Program-made: the position numbers and the translations under genes
Notes under the pieces: model-generated
What the model saw: only the letters and a program-made list of their open reading frames with translations
The model's database searches: none
What the model was told of the DNA's origin: nothing
From: Schmidtea polychroa
Taxonomy: Eukaryota
Direction of reading: 5' to 3'
Assembly: GCA_044892525.1 (NCBI GenBank)
Contig: CM097885.1
Span: 53,136,001-53,200,000 of the forward strand
DNA length: 64,000 bases
In this document: positions 40,672 through 51,932 of the stretch, piece by piece
How positions within the stretch are numbered: the first letter of the stretch is position 1
Layout: the number at the start of each line of letters is the position of its first letter

Positions 40672-41307
40672 ATGTGGTTCGGAGCAACCTTGGTGACAAT
40701 AATGATGATAGCGATAAACGGGAGACCCATGTGGCAGCCAATCCCAACATTCTGGGAGAATCCCGAGAAACAGCAAAACCCTTTAACCAAACTAAAAAGC
40801 GAGAGAAAGCTCTCCAACAACATCCCGAAACAATGCTGGAACAAAGTCGTCTGGAAAAAACTTCAAATGCAACTCCACCTACAAACCCAAAAAATCGAAC
40901 AGCTCGAAATTCTCTTACAAGAACAAACCACCCAACAATCCTTGAAGGAAATCATCAGGAAGAAGGAAGTAAAAGAAAGCCAAGTCTTACTCTATACTAC
41001 CATCAGTGAAACCCTTATCATCTGCGCACTAGTCATCTGGAAAGCGTATGATATTCATCGAACATGGAGAAGAAACCAGTCACTATCCGAAAAACACGAA
41101 AGAAAGAACCTACGATCGAAAAATAAACATAAACGAGCAGTACATTTTCAACAACCAAACCCACCCGACCAAATGCAACAAAATCTATCCCCTGACCAAA
41201 TGCCTGTTACAATCCAGCTCCCCACGATAACAACTTCGACCAGCCATCCGACCCAGAACTCAACCAACCAAGACAGTAATAACATTCCGAACCTTGAGAT
41301 CATGTGA
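40672..41307 (+). CDS. Accessory membrane protein (211 aa): signal peptide, coiled coil, TM, Q/T/N-rich tail
   Basis: N-terminal hydrophobic MWFGATLVTIMMIAING; TM-like VLLYTTISETLIICALVIW. Confidence 0.65.
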   Translation: MWFGATLVTIMMIAINGRPMWQPIPTFWENPEKQQNPLTKLKSERKLSNNIPKQCWNKVVWKKLQMQLHLQTQKIEQLEILLQEQTTQQSLKEIIRKKEVKESQVLLYTTISETLIICALVIWKAYDIHRTWRRNQSLSEKHERKNLRSKNKHKRAVHFQQPNPPDQMQQNLSPDQMPVTIQLPTITTSTSHPTQNSTNQDSNNIPNLEIM

Positions 41308-41500
41308 CATCGACTATTCATAAACTTTGTGTGTATAAATCCGGTCACCTAAAGTGGCCACTGCTTGCTTATATTTGTCCTTTTATCTGTTTAATTAAAG
41401 TATTATTTAGTTATTTTAATTTTATGTTTGTGTGAATGTTGACCGTGAAATTAGTTGTTATGCCGAAAAAGGTATGAGTTAAACGTATGATATTATGTGA

Positions 41501-41537
41501 ATTGCGGGACGCAATTTTAACGGGCCCCGGAGTGATT
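41501..41537 (+). other. Atypical plus-strand priming region (hairpin plus non-purine tract) before the 3' LTR
   Basis: AATTGCG-GGA-CGCAATT hairpin, then TTAACGGGCCCCGGAGTGATT|TGTTGG. Same position as the Gypsy TTCGxGACGAA..TTAAGGGGG motif but lacking the purine run. Confidence 0.55.
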
Positions 41538-44500
41538 TGTTGGGCTAAAACGTGGAGTTTCGAAAACTGGAGCGAATAGAAAAGTAATCCTTGAAAAATA
41601 AATGAAATAAGATAAAAATATAAAGTACCATAGAAATCTCACTAGTAAATAGGAAGGAACAATAAAATAACAATAAAAGAATAAGAATAAGTAAACAAAC
41701 TAAATAAAATCCAATAAACCCCTTGAGATTTAGAAATAAAGCGATTTAGGACCCAGCAGATGAAATAGAATAAAATAAGTAAAAAAGTGACAACAAATAA
41801 AAGAGAAATTTAAGAAATAAATAAAAAATAAAACTATCTTTAAGTCTAATTAAAACAAGAAATTATATTACCATAAAGTAGCAATAAATCCACAGGAAAA
41901 ATAGGAGAAAAATAGTAAAAACAAGAAAATAAATAAAATAATAATAAGAGATAAGTCAGGTCATTAAAAATTTAAAATACGATGATAAAAACATAAAAAT
42001 AATAATAAATAGTAAAAATACAAGCAGGTAGCGTCCTGATTGGACGAAAAATACTATATATGTAACGTGAAAAATTAGACGACAACCACTTTTAATTTTT
42101 CACGATTACAGGTAAAATTTTAGAAAAACTTAAGAACCACTTTTAATTTTTCACGATTACAGAGCATAGACTTCAGATATTTCACCGAATTCAGGACTAG
42201 AATCGCAAACGCTAATTCGAGAGATTTTTCAGAATTTACCTTCAATTAATTTGAAACCAGTTTAAACTCGATTTCGTTCCAGTTTTTGAAACTATCGGTA
42301 GGCCGATTGATTTATATGTATTAATTAATTTATTAATGATGAAAGACAAAACTCATTTCGTAAAATAAATTTATTGAAATACAAATGGCCTTTTCTTCAT
42401 GGTGCCGGCGACTGTACCATCTGAGAGCTCCCAGTATGATGTGGATGAGTTGGAAATGTACCACGGCAGAGAACACAACAGTGGGAAGGTTGACCCTCAT
42501 AAGAAATCCCGAAGATGCTGAAAATGAGAATGTGATATTTGCAGAGAAGGATATTTGTCATGTGAGAGATCTACCAAGGTTATGATGAGGCTGCGGTTGT
42601 ATGGAATGAATAACATCATACTTGGAGTCCAAATGATAGGGTCGCCGGGTGAGCTTTATTGATCCATTTATTTTTACTGATTCATTTGCTACTATTTGAT
42701 TCATTCATTCATTTTATTATTCATAAATTGTATATTAAATGTTGATTTTGTGAAAGACGAGTCAAACGGTCCCTCACGACAATGCAAGAACGGCGGCAGA
42801 GATGATTGCCTTCTTGGGTGGGTCATGAGGGGTGAGGAGACTCCGCAGGTGGAATACTGTTGGAAGTAGAATTTCTCACATCGAGCGCGATCTGATAGAG
42901 GATCTTTCGTTTTCTTTTATGAAGTCACGCTGAAGTTTCAGAATAAATAATGTAAATTTCCAAAGTCGGAGACAATTTTTCGGATTGAGATCAGTAGTTC
43001 GTTGTTGTTAGGAAAATTTGCTTTTCCGTCGAATATTGATAGATGTCTGAGTAGGGATGGGCGATGAATTGTTAGAGTTTTCACTGGAAGATCCGCTAAG
43101 CACTTAAAAACTGAACCCCGAGAGGTACATTGCAGGGACATTAGCGAGTAAACCCATTCATTGACTAATTTAGACTTTAGCTTGACATTGAATATCTGAT
43201 AAAGTTTGGTTTGACGTTGACAGCGGCTCGTCTAAAAGGGGAAAGTAAACAAATTTTTTGATAAGGAAATAAATCACTTGCCGTGAGTCCGAGTGAAGAT
43301 ATCAATAGCGATAGGAGAATCATTAGTTGCCCATGGCCAGATAAATTTCTGACGGGGAAAATCAGCTGATAATTTGATAAAGTCATCGAACGAGTTGATT
43401 GAGAAGGCGGCAGTCGATCGAGTGTATTGAGTGGTCTTATCGTGAGTCGACCTAATATCGAAAATCCAGAATATAGAGTAATTTTTATCTACTGAATCCG
43501 CAAGTCACCCACACAATCGAATTTCTTGAGTTTTGGACACACCAACTGAGTACCCGTCTCAACTAGAGCATCTCTCTACAACTCTACCTCTATTAATCGC
43601 TCGCCCACATGTACACATGCATCACACTCAGATTAGGTCACAGTGCACATGTGGATATCATCATTACCTAATCATAGGGAGAGAGTCGTAAACTTGTATC
43701 TGCTAGTAGACCACTGGATTTCGTCAGAGAACATGGCGATGCGACGAGAAATTTTTTTTTTGTCAGTGTGCAAGTCGCTAGTTAAATGCACCAACATGCA
43801 TCGTAACGAACCCGTCGATAGGTGAGGGTATAGATAGACAATCAAATGAACACATAACTGCGCCCGATTTAAGCGTCACTATGACGATGGTTATGACGTT
43901 AAATTTGAAATAACTAATTTGTAATCCATGATAGAAATTTTAAGCGAGGGTATTATGATTTTCTTACAAACCCGAGGGGTCTACATACAAGACGGGGTGT
44001 CCCGGTAATTGCCGGTTTTCCGTTCATCATATAGCACGCGTGGAATCTAACGACGTAGCAGCAAAATGAGTAAAATATAATTGTTAAAATGTAATAACGA
44101 TAATTAAGATAATAGCGTTCATAGTAACGAAGTAACAGTCATGCAGTAGTTAAAGATAGTCAAACCCAAAAAGTATACCTAAAAGCTAGCATAATGAATT
44201 GTTTTCATGAATCCCGTTTTCTTCTCATAAAGTAGTAATGATTACATGGGTTAGTTTGGATGTTTGAGATTGTATGAAGGTGGGTAATTGCCGACGGGGT
44301 AGATTGGTAGGCCACCCTTGGATAACTTGGTCGGGGAAATCTTACATTTCGTTTTCCGAAAATATGAATAATACCCCAGTAAATTTTTAATTTAAAAATA
44401 ACAATTCCTTAACGATTTAGATGAATACCTCAACCAGTTCCGGGAAAACCCTCAGACCTTGCTTTTCCTGTGCTGATAAAAATGCCGATATCGCACAGCT

Positions 44501-45720
44501 CCACTTGTACATCGGGGAATTGAAGAAGAGAATTGACCTCTATGAGGGAACGTGGTTCTCCCCACCACAAATGAAGGAGGAGAAGAGCAAGATTCTGCGT
44601 TTGGAGCACTGCCGTGACAGTCTCCTGGAAGAAAGCAGGTGCCAGAGGCTAACCATAAAGGCCCAATCAGAGGCACTGCACAAGGTGTATTCCGAATCAG
44701 AACTAGCGAAGCGAGTTCGCGAGTACCCGATACAAGATGGGACTAACGTGTTCCCAATACACCACAAATTAGCTGAAACCTCATCAATATCCAGTTGTAA
44801 AGGGCATGGCCCACAAATGCCGCCAATTCCCGCCCCAGTTCTTTCGGGCGATCGACCTATGGCTGGCGGTTCATCGGACCCTATCTTGGCTCCAGTACTC
44901 GTGCCACACCTCCTTCAGTCCCCAGCAGACGCTGCTCTCCCCCATCGAAAGCGTAAGCGGCTGACGCGTTCTGAAAAAAATCAGAAGCGTAGAAATGCCA
45001 TGGCCGCGCTCGAAGCATCGTTATCTGCAGCCAAATCGACTATCAAGGAAATGACAGTTACCCATTCCATTCCTACAAAGGAAGTATTCCGGATGGTTCC
45101 GGCCGACAGTATCAAATTCCTCGAAGACCGCCGGTTGCCCGTTGACATCGACGAGATGCTCGCAGAAGGAGAAGCATTCTCGTAGCCAATTCTCTCTCGG
45201 GTCTCGATTCCCCTGCTATTACGAACGAACTTGAAGGAGCGACGTTATCTCGTGACTAATCTTTAATGTTTTGCATTTGTTTAAACAATGCTGAATGTAA
45301 TTTGATGTTCCGTTCTAATATAACTGTTCGATTTTCTTTGATTGTGTAAATTGTATGTATGATTTGCTACGGTTGAATTGCATGAGAGAAGGATCACGAA
45401 AATATAGTAGAAACTTAAATGTCGTACCTTTTGGACCAGGGTGGGACCGAATGATGCGTAAAGAATGGGTAAGACCTTCTATGGCACCGTAGAACCCGAA
45501 CCGAGAAAGGGTTAGGAGTAGTCCTAAGGCAGGGGCTCACCTGCTAACTCTTTCCAACCCGTGTGAGCAGTACCAACGTGGAACATCACCACGGGCTCAT
45601 ATGTGGGAATATGCGAATGATCATTTGGAGTGCGTGAGGGAATGATCTGAGTAGAATAATGACACCTGATGTGTATGATAATCATGCCTATATATTTTCT
45701 TTCCCCCACATACGCCAACA
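41538..45720 (+). repeat. 3' LTR (4,183 bp)
   Basis: Direct repeat of 15213-19395, followed by the TSD TTAC. Confidence 0.97.
44421..45185 (+). CDS. LTR-encoded protein, second identical copy (254 aa)
   Basis: Translation identical to 18096-18860. Confidence 0.8.
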   Translation: MNTSTSSGKTLRPCFSCADKNADIAQLHLYIGELKKRIDLYEGTWFSPPQMKEEKSKILRLEHCRDSLLEESRCQRLTIKAQSEALHKVYSESELAKRVREYPIQDGTNVFPIHHKLAETSSISSCKGHGPQMPPIPAPVLSGDRPMAGGSSDPILAPVLVPHLLQSPADAALPHRKRKRLTRSEKNQKRRNAMAALEASLSAAKSTIKEMTVTHSIPTKEVFRMVPADSIKFLEDRRLPVDIDEMLAEGEAFS

Positions 45721-45724
45721 TTAC

Positions 45725-45940
45725 ATTTGTTTTATATTTATTTTCTCTTGTTATGTTTTTATTTTTGTTTATTCGATTTTTTTATTTAATTTTAAATAAC
45801 TTTACGCCTTTTATGTGGTGTGTTTTTTATGTGGTCCTTCGACCCTTCACCTTAGTTTTCCTATCGTTTAAAACAAAAAAAATAAAACAGAATAAAGTCT
45901 ATTTGAAAATTTATTTATTCTTTTACCTTCTGGCCCAACA
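45725..45940 (-). mobile_element. Older related LTR (antisense), 5' terminal part
   Basis: TGGCCCAACA at 45931-45940 is the reverse complement of TGTTGGGCCA, the same terminus as the solo LTR at 50041. Confidence 0.65.
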
Positions 45941-46320
45941 GATGTAGTTGTATATTTTTAATTTTTGCCCAATAATATTAATAATTACTGACTCATTTGA
46001 TTTTACAGTACTAGCTATATCTAACTACAGATACCAAGCAGCTAAATAAAGCTTGTTGGATTACGATGAGAATAAATAGTTACGATAAGTATGTTGGAAT
46101 AAATTTTTTGAAATTATTTTGTTTTTAAAATTTGAAGTTTCTTCTAAATTATTTGCGTATTTAAAGATTTTTAAACCAAATAATAAAGTGAGTCTTTAAT
46201 GATATTAAAAATAAAACAAAAATAAAATAATTTAATTTATAATCTTGTTGTTTATATAATAATAATAGTAGTTCAATAATTTAAATATAAATATTTGTTA
46301 AATATATTTTCTAATTCAAA

Positions 46321-47526
46321 ATGAAAGATGTAATGAAATCTCATTTGATAAATTATTCTATGACATTTTCTCCATGCCAAAACTATCTTGCAGTCTCTAA
46401 TAATTTTAATTCAATCAAAATTTTGAATTTAAGTAAATTTATTCATTTAAAATTCTTATTTTATTAAATTGGTAGATGATAATACTGAAAGTTTAATTAA
46501 ATGCAGTTCTAGCACAACGTCTAGTATATATAACATTGCTAACTGTGGTTCTTTGCTTGTTGGTACTAGTGACTGTTATATATATGCATGGGAATGGAGC
46601 GATATTGAGTTAAACATGTGTAATCACTGTGAAAAATTAAATAGTTTATTTAAAATAGCACTTCCAATTAATAATGAATTTGTAGGTTGTTTACAGGTGA
46701 AATTTATATTAGATACCATTATTACATTTAAAATAAACGATAGATTATTTCGATGCATATCAATGAAATTGAGAAAATAGTTTATATTGGATGTTCTGAT
46801 GGAGACATACATTTGTTTCGTATAATGGATAATGGATCTGTAGAATTTATTACAACTTATAAATGTGACAGTGGATCAGTTTTATGTCTAACCAAAGGAA
46901 AGGGATATTCGGTAGATTTGACAGATAATTGCGATATTGCGTTTACGTTTATTGTTTAGTTGATATCAGGCCATACCGATGGTACAGTGCGATTTTGGGA
47001 TGGACGTCAATCGAAAGAATGCCTAAGAATTGAAACAGAAAAGAGTGCCGAAGTTCGCCGTCCGAAATTGGGCTCGAGTATTAATGTGATTGCGACAGAT
47101 ATCGAATCGTCCGATTGGATTCTGTGCGGTGGCCAAGCGCAATTGTCACTATGGAATGTGCGTGCCCAGCAGGTCGGAGTGGTTATGAAAACCGACAGTA
47201 GAGATTTATTGGGCAATGTTTACAGTTTATAATTGTTGCTGACAGATCGAACGACCGATGATTGCTGGATTCCATTGAGTGCGATTTTACGCAACGAGGT
47301 CGTCATAGCCGGTGGCAATTCTGCTCGGGTTTATCTATGGGATTTATCCGGCCAATTGAATTCCGAAATCAGTCTGGCAGCAACCAATCACGTGTTTGAT
47401 GTGTTGCATCGAGAGAAATCCGATTCGAATGTTGACAATTGCAATGATTTCTTCACGTGCGGATGGGGCAACTGCGTTGAGCTCTACAGCGATATCGGAT
47501 ATAGGAAAAAGATTTTCTCATTGTAA
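46321..47526 (+). CDS. THOC6: THO complex subunit 6 (WD40); exons 46321-46432, 46476-46696, 46744-46911, 46960-47197, 47246-47526 (339 aa)
   Basis: SPCQNYLAVSNN, AWEW, SGHTDGTVRFWD, RPKLG..IATD..DWILCGG..LSLW, WDLSGQL and SDIGYR follow the THOC6 motif order; in-phase GT-AG introns of 43-48 bp. Confidence 0.88.
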
Positions 47527-48230
47527 AAAAATGTTACAGTTGTAATTAATAAATTGTGTTTGTTGTTTTAATTGATTGGGTAGTCAGGTAGCGGGGCAGG
47601 CAAATATTTATAATTGAGACAAATCCTACGCAATCATTTCTTTCGTATTCCCATTGATAAAGATATTATAAAACGTTATCATAAACAACTAATGGAATCA
47701 AGGGATTTCTGTGAAAATTAGTGAGGGAAATGTTAGTTTTGTTGGTTTGTTTGACTCCTTGATGTCCTTTTGTTAAGCAAATCAAACAACCCAACACAAT
47801 AATATTTATCCAAAATTACAATTACACTTATTATCCTAACTCTAATACAACAATTTTCAATATCATTTTTAGTCGGGCGTAGAGATGTCTTCCCTTTCCT
47901 TTTGTCATACGCTAAGACTCAACTCAATTTGGTTTTCACTAAGTGTTTTTACCTCTGACTGGCAGTTTGTTTGGTGGTTTTTGCATCGCGTCTGTGTGCG
48001 CGGTATGGTTAAACCGATTCTGGTTGGTTTCCGCACACAGACGCGAGAAGTAGGTTTTGATTTTTATATTGTTGGTTTTTTAGAATTGAATTTAATTCTA
48101 GTAATTGATTGGTCTTCGAGAAGGTCTTGTTTAAACGGATATTTATGCGGAAATATTAAATTCTAAGTTTGGTTTTGTTAAATGAATTGATTTGAACTCG
48201 ATTGGATTTTTTTGTATTCTGAAATGAAAT

Positions 48231-48699
48231 ATGGAAGATAATGAATGTTTGATATGTCGTATTTCAATGAGCAATATAGCGAAGGTAATATTTGAAAGTC
48301 ATTTGAAGACATGCGTTTTGTATCTGCTGCGCGAAGAGATGTCTTTTCAGCAGTGAAACTTGTCCATGTGATAGTGACTCAACAAGATCGTTGCAAATTA
48401 TTAATGGAACAAAACGATTGGAAATCAAAGATTTAATTTCTGTAAATCATAAAATTGCAGAAGATATGATTATGAAATTTCCCCAAAAATTTAAAGATAT
48501 TCGTAAATTATCTGAAACCATTTATGACATTAGCGATAAAAAGATAAACTTGCTAACTTATGAAAATGATATTCTATTTAATCGAGCTCTTAAAAAGATC
48601 AACACAATTCGAAGGTTTACTAGCAAAAGTGTTGAACAATTATCCAATGTTTCAAATTCAATCATGGCTCAATCTCAAGTTATTGGACACGTTAAATAG
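48231..48699 (+). pseudogene. Frameshifted coding fragment with an N-terminal C2HC zinc-finger-like motif
   Basis: MEDNECLICRISMSNIAKVIFESHLKTC, then continuation in another frame (ORF 48391-48699); identity unknown. Confidence 0.3.
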
Positions 48700-50040
48700 T
48701 TTAACAAACAATGGTTTTGCGCAAATAAAGCGTGTGATATGATTAATTACAAAGAAATTCTTTTGATTTGTTTTAGACGAAAACACTAAGTTTAATATCC
48801 GCTTCCCATTACTTTGAATTCATCAAACTTCTTTATTCGACCAAACTTTCAATTCTGTTGACTTGGCCGCTCTTTTTATACTCATCCTATTGCTGGGCTT
48901 CAGTAGGAACCATAGAAAAGAGAAAAATAATAAAATAGGATTTTTTAATAATAAATTATAAATAGTAATAAAATATTACTATTTATAGAAATAAAAAATT
49001 AATATAAATAGATAATAAAATAAAAATAGAAATTAAAAATTACTATATTTAGAAAATAAATAATAATAGTATTTTAGTTCCACTGCTCAAGCTCCAGGAT
49101 TTAAAATTCAAAAAGAAAACCCCTTTAGAACCAACCCAGAAAGAAATAAAGAATCTGGAGAAAACACCCTTCACTTTCACCAAGAGGAAAAAAGAGATCC
49201 CGAAGAGAACAAAAAAGAAAATGTCTCGAATATCCGTCAAGAACGAAGACAGTGATCTTTTGGAAACTCAATACCAACCACCAGACCCAAGAGCTAAATA
49301 AGATATTGGCAAATTGTTGTAAAGGAAGGCGAGTTTATCGGAAGAGGCAAATCCATTAAGATTCGAGAAGATTTCGATAGAGAAGATCCTAACTGCTTGT
49401 AGAGATCAGATAGCAAATGGAAACCTCGAATACGATGGATACCCGATCCATGAAATAGCCGTATCCAATTTCACTGATTGGAGGGCTCTTTTATCATATC
49501 CTCAATTTTGTACAAAGAGGTGAGTACACGGGAAACATTGGGGGTTAGTTAAAGACCCAACATCGTTGAACAGAGAATTCAGAACGAAAGCGCCAAAGTC
49601 ATGCAGAGACGCAAGTGTTAGCATTCTAGCTATGTACATAATGGACCTAGTTATTAGCTATACGTCCTCAACTCCAGCATCTTCGACAATCAATCCAATC
49701 CGCTGATGTACATTATTGAACGATAACATTATTAACCTGTGCATAGAACTTTATTTTTATGTGAACATTATCTGATTATTTAAAACTGGTTTATTTGTGC
49801 TTGCATTTTTATATTATTCAGTTTATTTTATGCTATTCTATTTTTAGATTTTATGGTTGCAAACTATCTTGTCTTTGCCACTTTAATTTTCGAGACGAAA
49901 ATCTTGTTAGGGGAAGACATTTTGAGGTTCAGTAGGAACTAGGGAGAAGATAAAAATATGAAAATAGGATTTTTTATTAATAAATTATAAATAGTAATTA
50001 AATATTACTATTTCTAGAAATAAGAAATTAATATAAATAT

Positions 50041-51377
50041 TGTTGGGCCAAGAGAAACACGCTCTCGAAAAATTCGCAAAATCATCTGTATTAATTCTAA
50101 ATTCTATTTCTTTTTAATTTTTTTGTTGGAGCATAAGGCTACATAAGGCTACAGAAGAAACTAATAGACCAAATAAAGGAGGCAAACCAAAAAATACTGA
50201 GACTAGAACACTGCAAAGATAGTTTTCGCGAGGAAAACAGAAATCTGCCTCTCATTATTAAGTTGCAATCGGAGACCTTGCGTTTCATCTACTCAGAGTC
50301 AGAGTTAAGAAAACGAGTCTCGGAGTGTCCTGTCTCCGATCGAGACAATATTTTTCCCGTACATCGCCTTCGCGACGATCTGCAGTCCTCCACCAAGATT
50401 TCATGCGCAAGTCACGGGACCGAATCTCCCTTTGCCACACCCGATATCCTGTACGTCGGTACAAGTATAGTTCCTACCAAAATATCAATGTCCATAATCG
50501 TTCCGCAAGTCATCAATAATCTGCCAGCAACTACTAACATTAGTGCTCACCCAAAAAGAAAACGACTCACTCGAGCGGAAAAATCTAAACGTAAACGGGA
50601 CGAGCTAGTCGCTGTAGAGGCCGCCCTACTCTCCGCTCCACTTCTAGCCAGGCCGGGTGAAGTATCGTCATCCGCGGTCACTCAACCACTGTCATTTAGA
50701 ATGGTGCCCGCAACAGCAACTCCATGGACTTATGACTCACAACTTGAAGCCGACCTCAATATCCTCTTTCAAGAAGCCGACGACCGTGAGTTCTGGTCAA
50801 CGGATAACGACGTGTCGCCGGGGTTGTAGTTCTATGTCACTGTCCGCTAACAGATCTTTTCTCTCGCTAATGATACGATAAACTTTCTTAGCCCTGAAAT
50901 TATATTCATCCATCATAATCATTGGTTGTATTGCATGATAACGGATTGTAATGTGTTTTTTTATGATGTTTAATATATATGTTGGTGGTATTTGTTTACT
51001 TTATTTCCGGAACGAAGTTGTTTGTATAACCAGTAGCGTAAAAGTATATACGAATGATACGGATAATACGGGAAATGACCTCACTTGGACCAGGGGTTTT
51101 CAAACGAATTTCACCGAATTTGGTTTATAGGGATGTTAGACCTTCCATCGGCATTCCAGAACACGAATTGAGAATACCATAAAGAGCAGTTCTAACGTAG
51201 GAGCTCACCTGTTCATGGATTTTCAACCATTATGTACATTACCAACATGGTCGTCGCCATGGGTATATAGATGGTTTCAAGATAACAATCACCTTGGAGT
51301 CTAAGAAGGAGTCGGGCTGAGTAAGCCACAGTTACTCCTATTTCACCTTTCGGATTGACACACCCTAGGCGCCAAAA
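50041..51377 (+). mobile_element. Internally deleted solo LTR of a sister family
   Basis: TGTTGGGCC...GCCAAAA ends; 4-bp TSD ATAT at 50037-50040 and 51378-51381; contains an LTR-ORF homolog and the U5 block. Confidence 0.85.
50170..50829 (+). pseudogene. N-terminally truncated homolog of the LTR-encoded ORF
   Basis: KILRLEHCKDS..IYSESELRKRV..NIFPVH..HPKRKRLTRAEK..FRMVPA aligns to the 254-aa LTR protein; reading frame is still open. Confidence 0.8.
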
Positions 51378-51513
51378 ATATAAATAAATAATAAAAAAAA
51401 ATAGTAATTAAAAATTAATATATTTAGAAAATAAATAATAATAGTATTTTAATAAGTATATATATTTTATTTAGAAATTAAATAATTACCATAAATAGAA
51501 TTAGTAAATTTAA

Positions 51514-51518
<5 letters not shown>

Positions 51519-51600
<82 letters not shown>
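51519..51600. repeat. (TA)n microsatellite
   Basis: Read directly. Confidence 0.97.
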
Positions 51601-51602
<2 letters not shown>

Positions 51603-51932
51603 GACGAGAATTTGAGTGAAGGGACGACCCACAATTGAACACAAATCGAAACATCATTAGACGATTTAAACAATAAGACACGAAAGTTAGAATCAAAACT
51701 CGGTAAAGTGAAATCGATTTAAATTCAGATTAATTGAGAGTGATCAAAATAAGTATGTTGGAATTTAACGTAGTGAAAATTTGAGAACTAAATTAACTAT
51801 GTAACCATTTGGGTTTAATAGTTAATTTCAGAAATATTTAAAATCATTCTTCGGAAAATTCAGGAAAGCAAATAAGTTAGTATATTTTAATTTATTATCT
51901 AAACATTTGGGTTAAGTCGTCAGCATACATTT

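Larger units (their letters stand above)
15213..45720 (+). mobile_element. Giant (30,508 bp) intact Ty3/Gypsy LTR retrotransposon / endogenous metavirus with env-like and host-derived cargo (Burro-like)
   Basis: Two 4,183-bp direct repeats with TGTTGG...CCAACA ends; TSD TTAC at 15209-15212 and 45721-45724; PBS present; PR-RT-RH-IN order. Confidence 0.97.
48891..51455 (+). mobile_element. Degraded, internally deleted LTR element: LTR start at 48891, decayed coding about 49200-49750, PPT about 49885-49916, second LTR start about 49920 interrupted by a solo LTR
   Basis: 48900-49075 is repeated at 49929-50040 plus 51382-51450; the Gypsy-type TTTTCGAGACGAAAA..TTAGGGGAAGA motif precedes the second copy. 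Confidence 0.65.

Noticed and set aside
23262..41348. Numerous minus-strand and alternate-frame ORFs over the polyprotein and accessory genes
   Set aside because: Shadow ORFs of an A-rich coding strand (F/S/L-rich) with no motifs.
15213..45720. The two 4.2-kb repeats as a segmental duplication or misassembly
   Set aside because: TG..CA inverted termini, TSD, PBS and gag-pol between them define LTRs.
8995..45940. Old antisense LTR as a single solo LTR with TSD
   Set aside because: Flanks ATAT and GATG do not match, so joining the two ends remains a hypothesis.
51467..51696. YIYIYI ORFs
   Set aside because: Translation of (TA)n.
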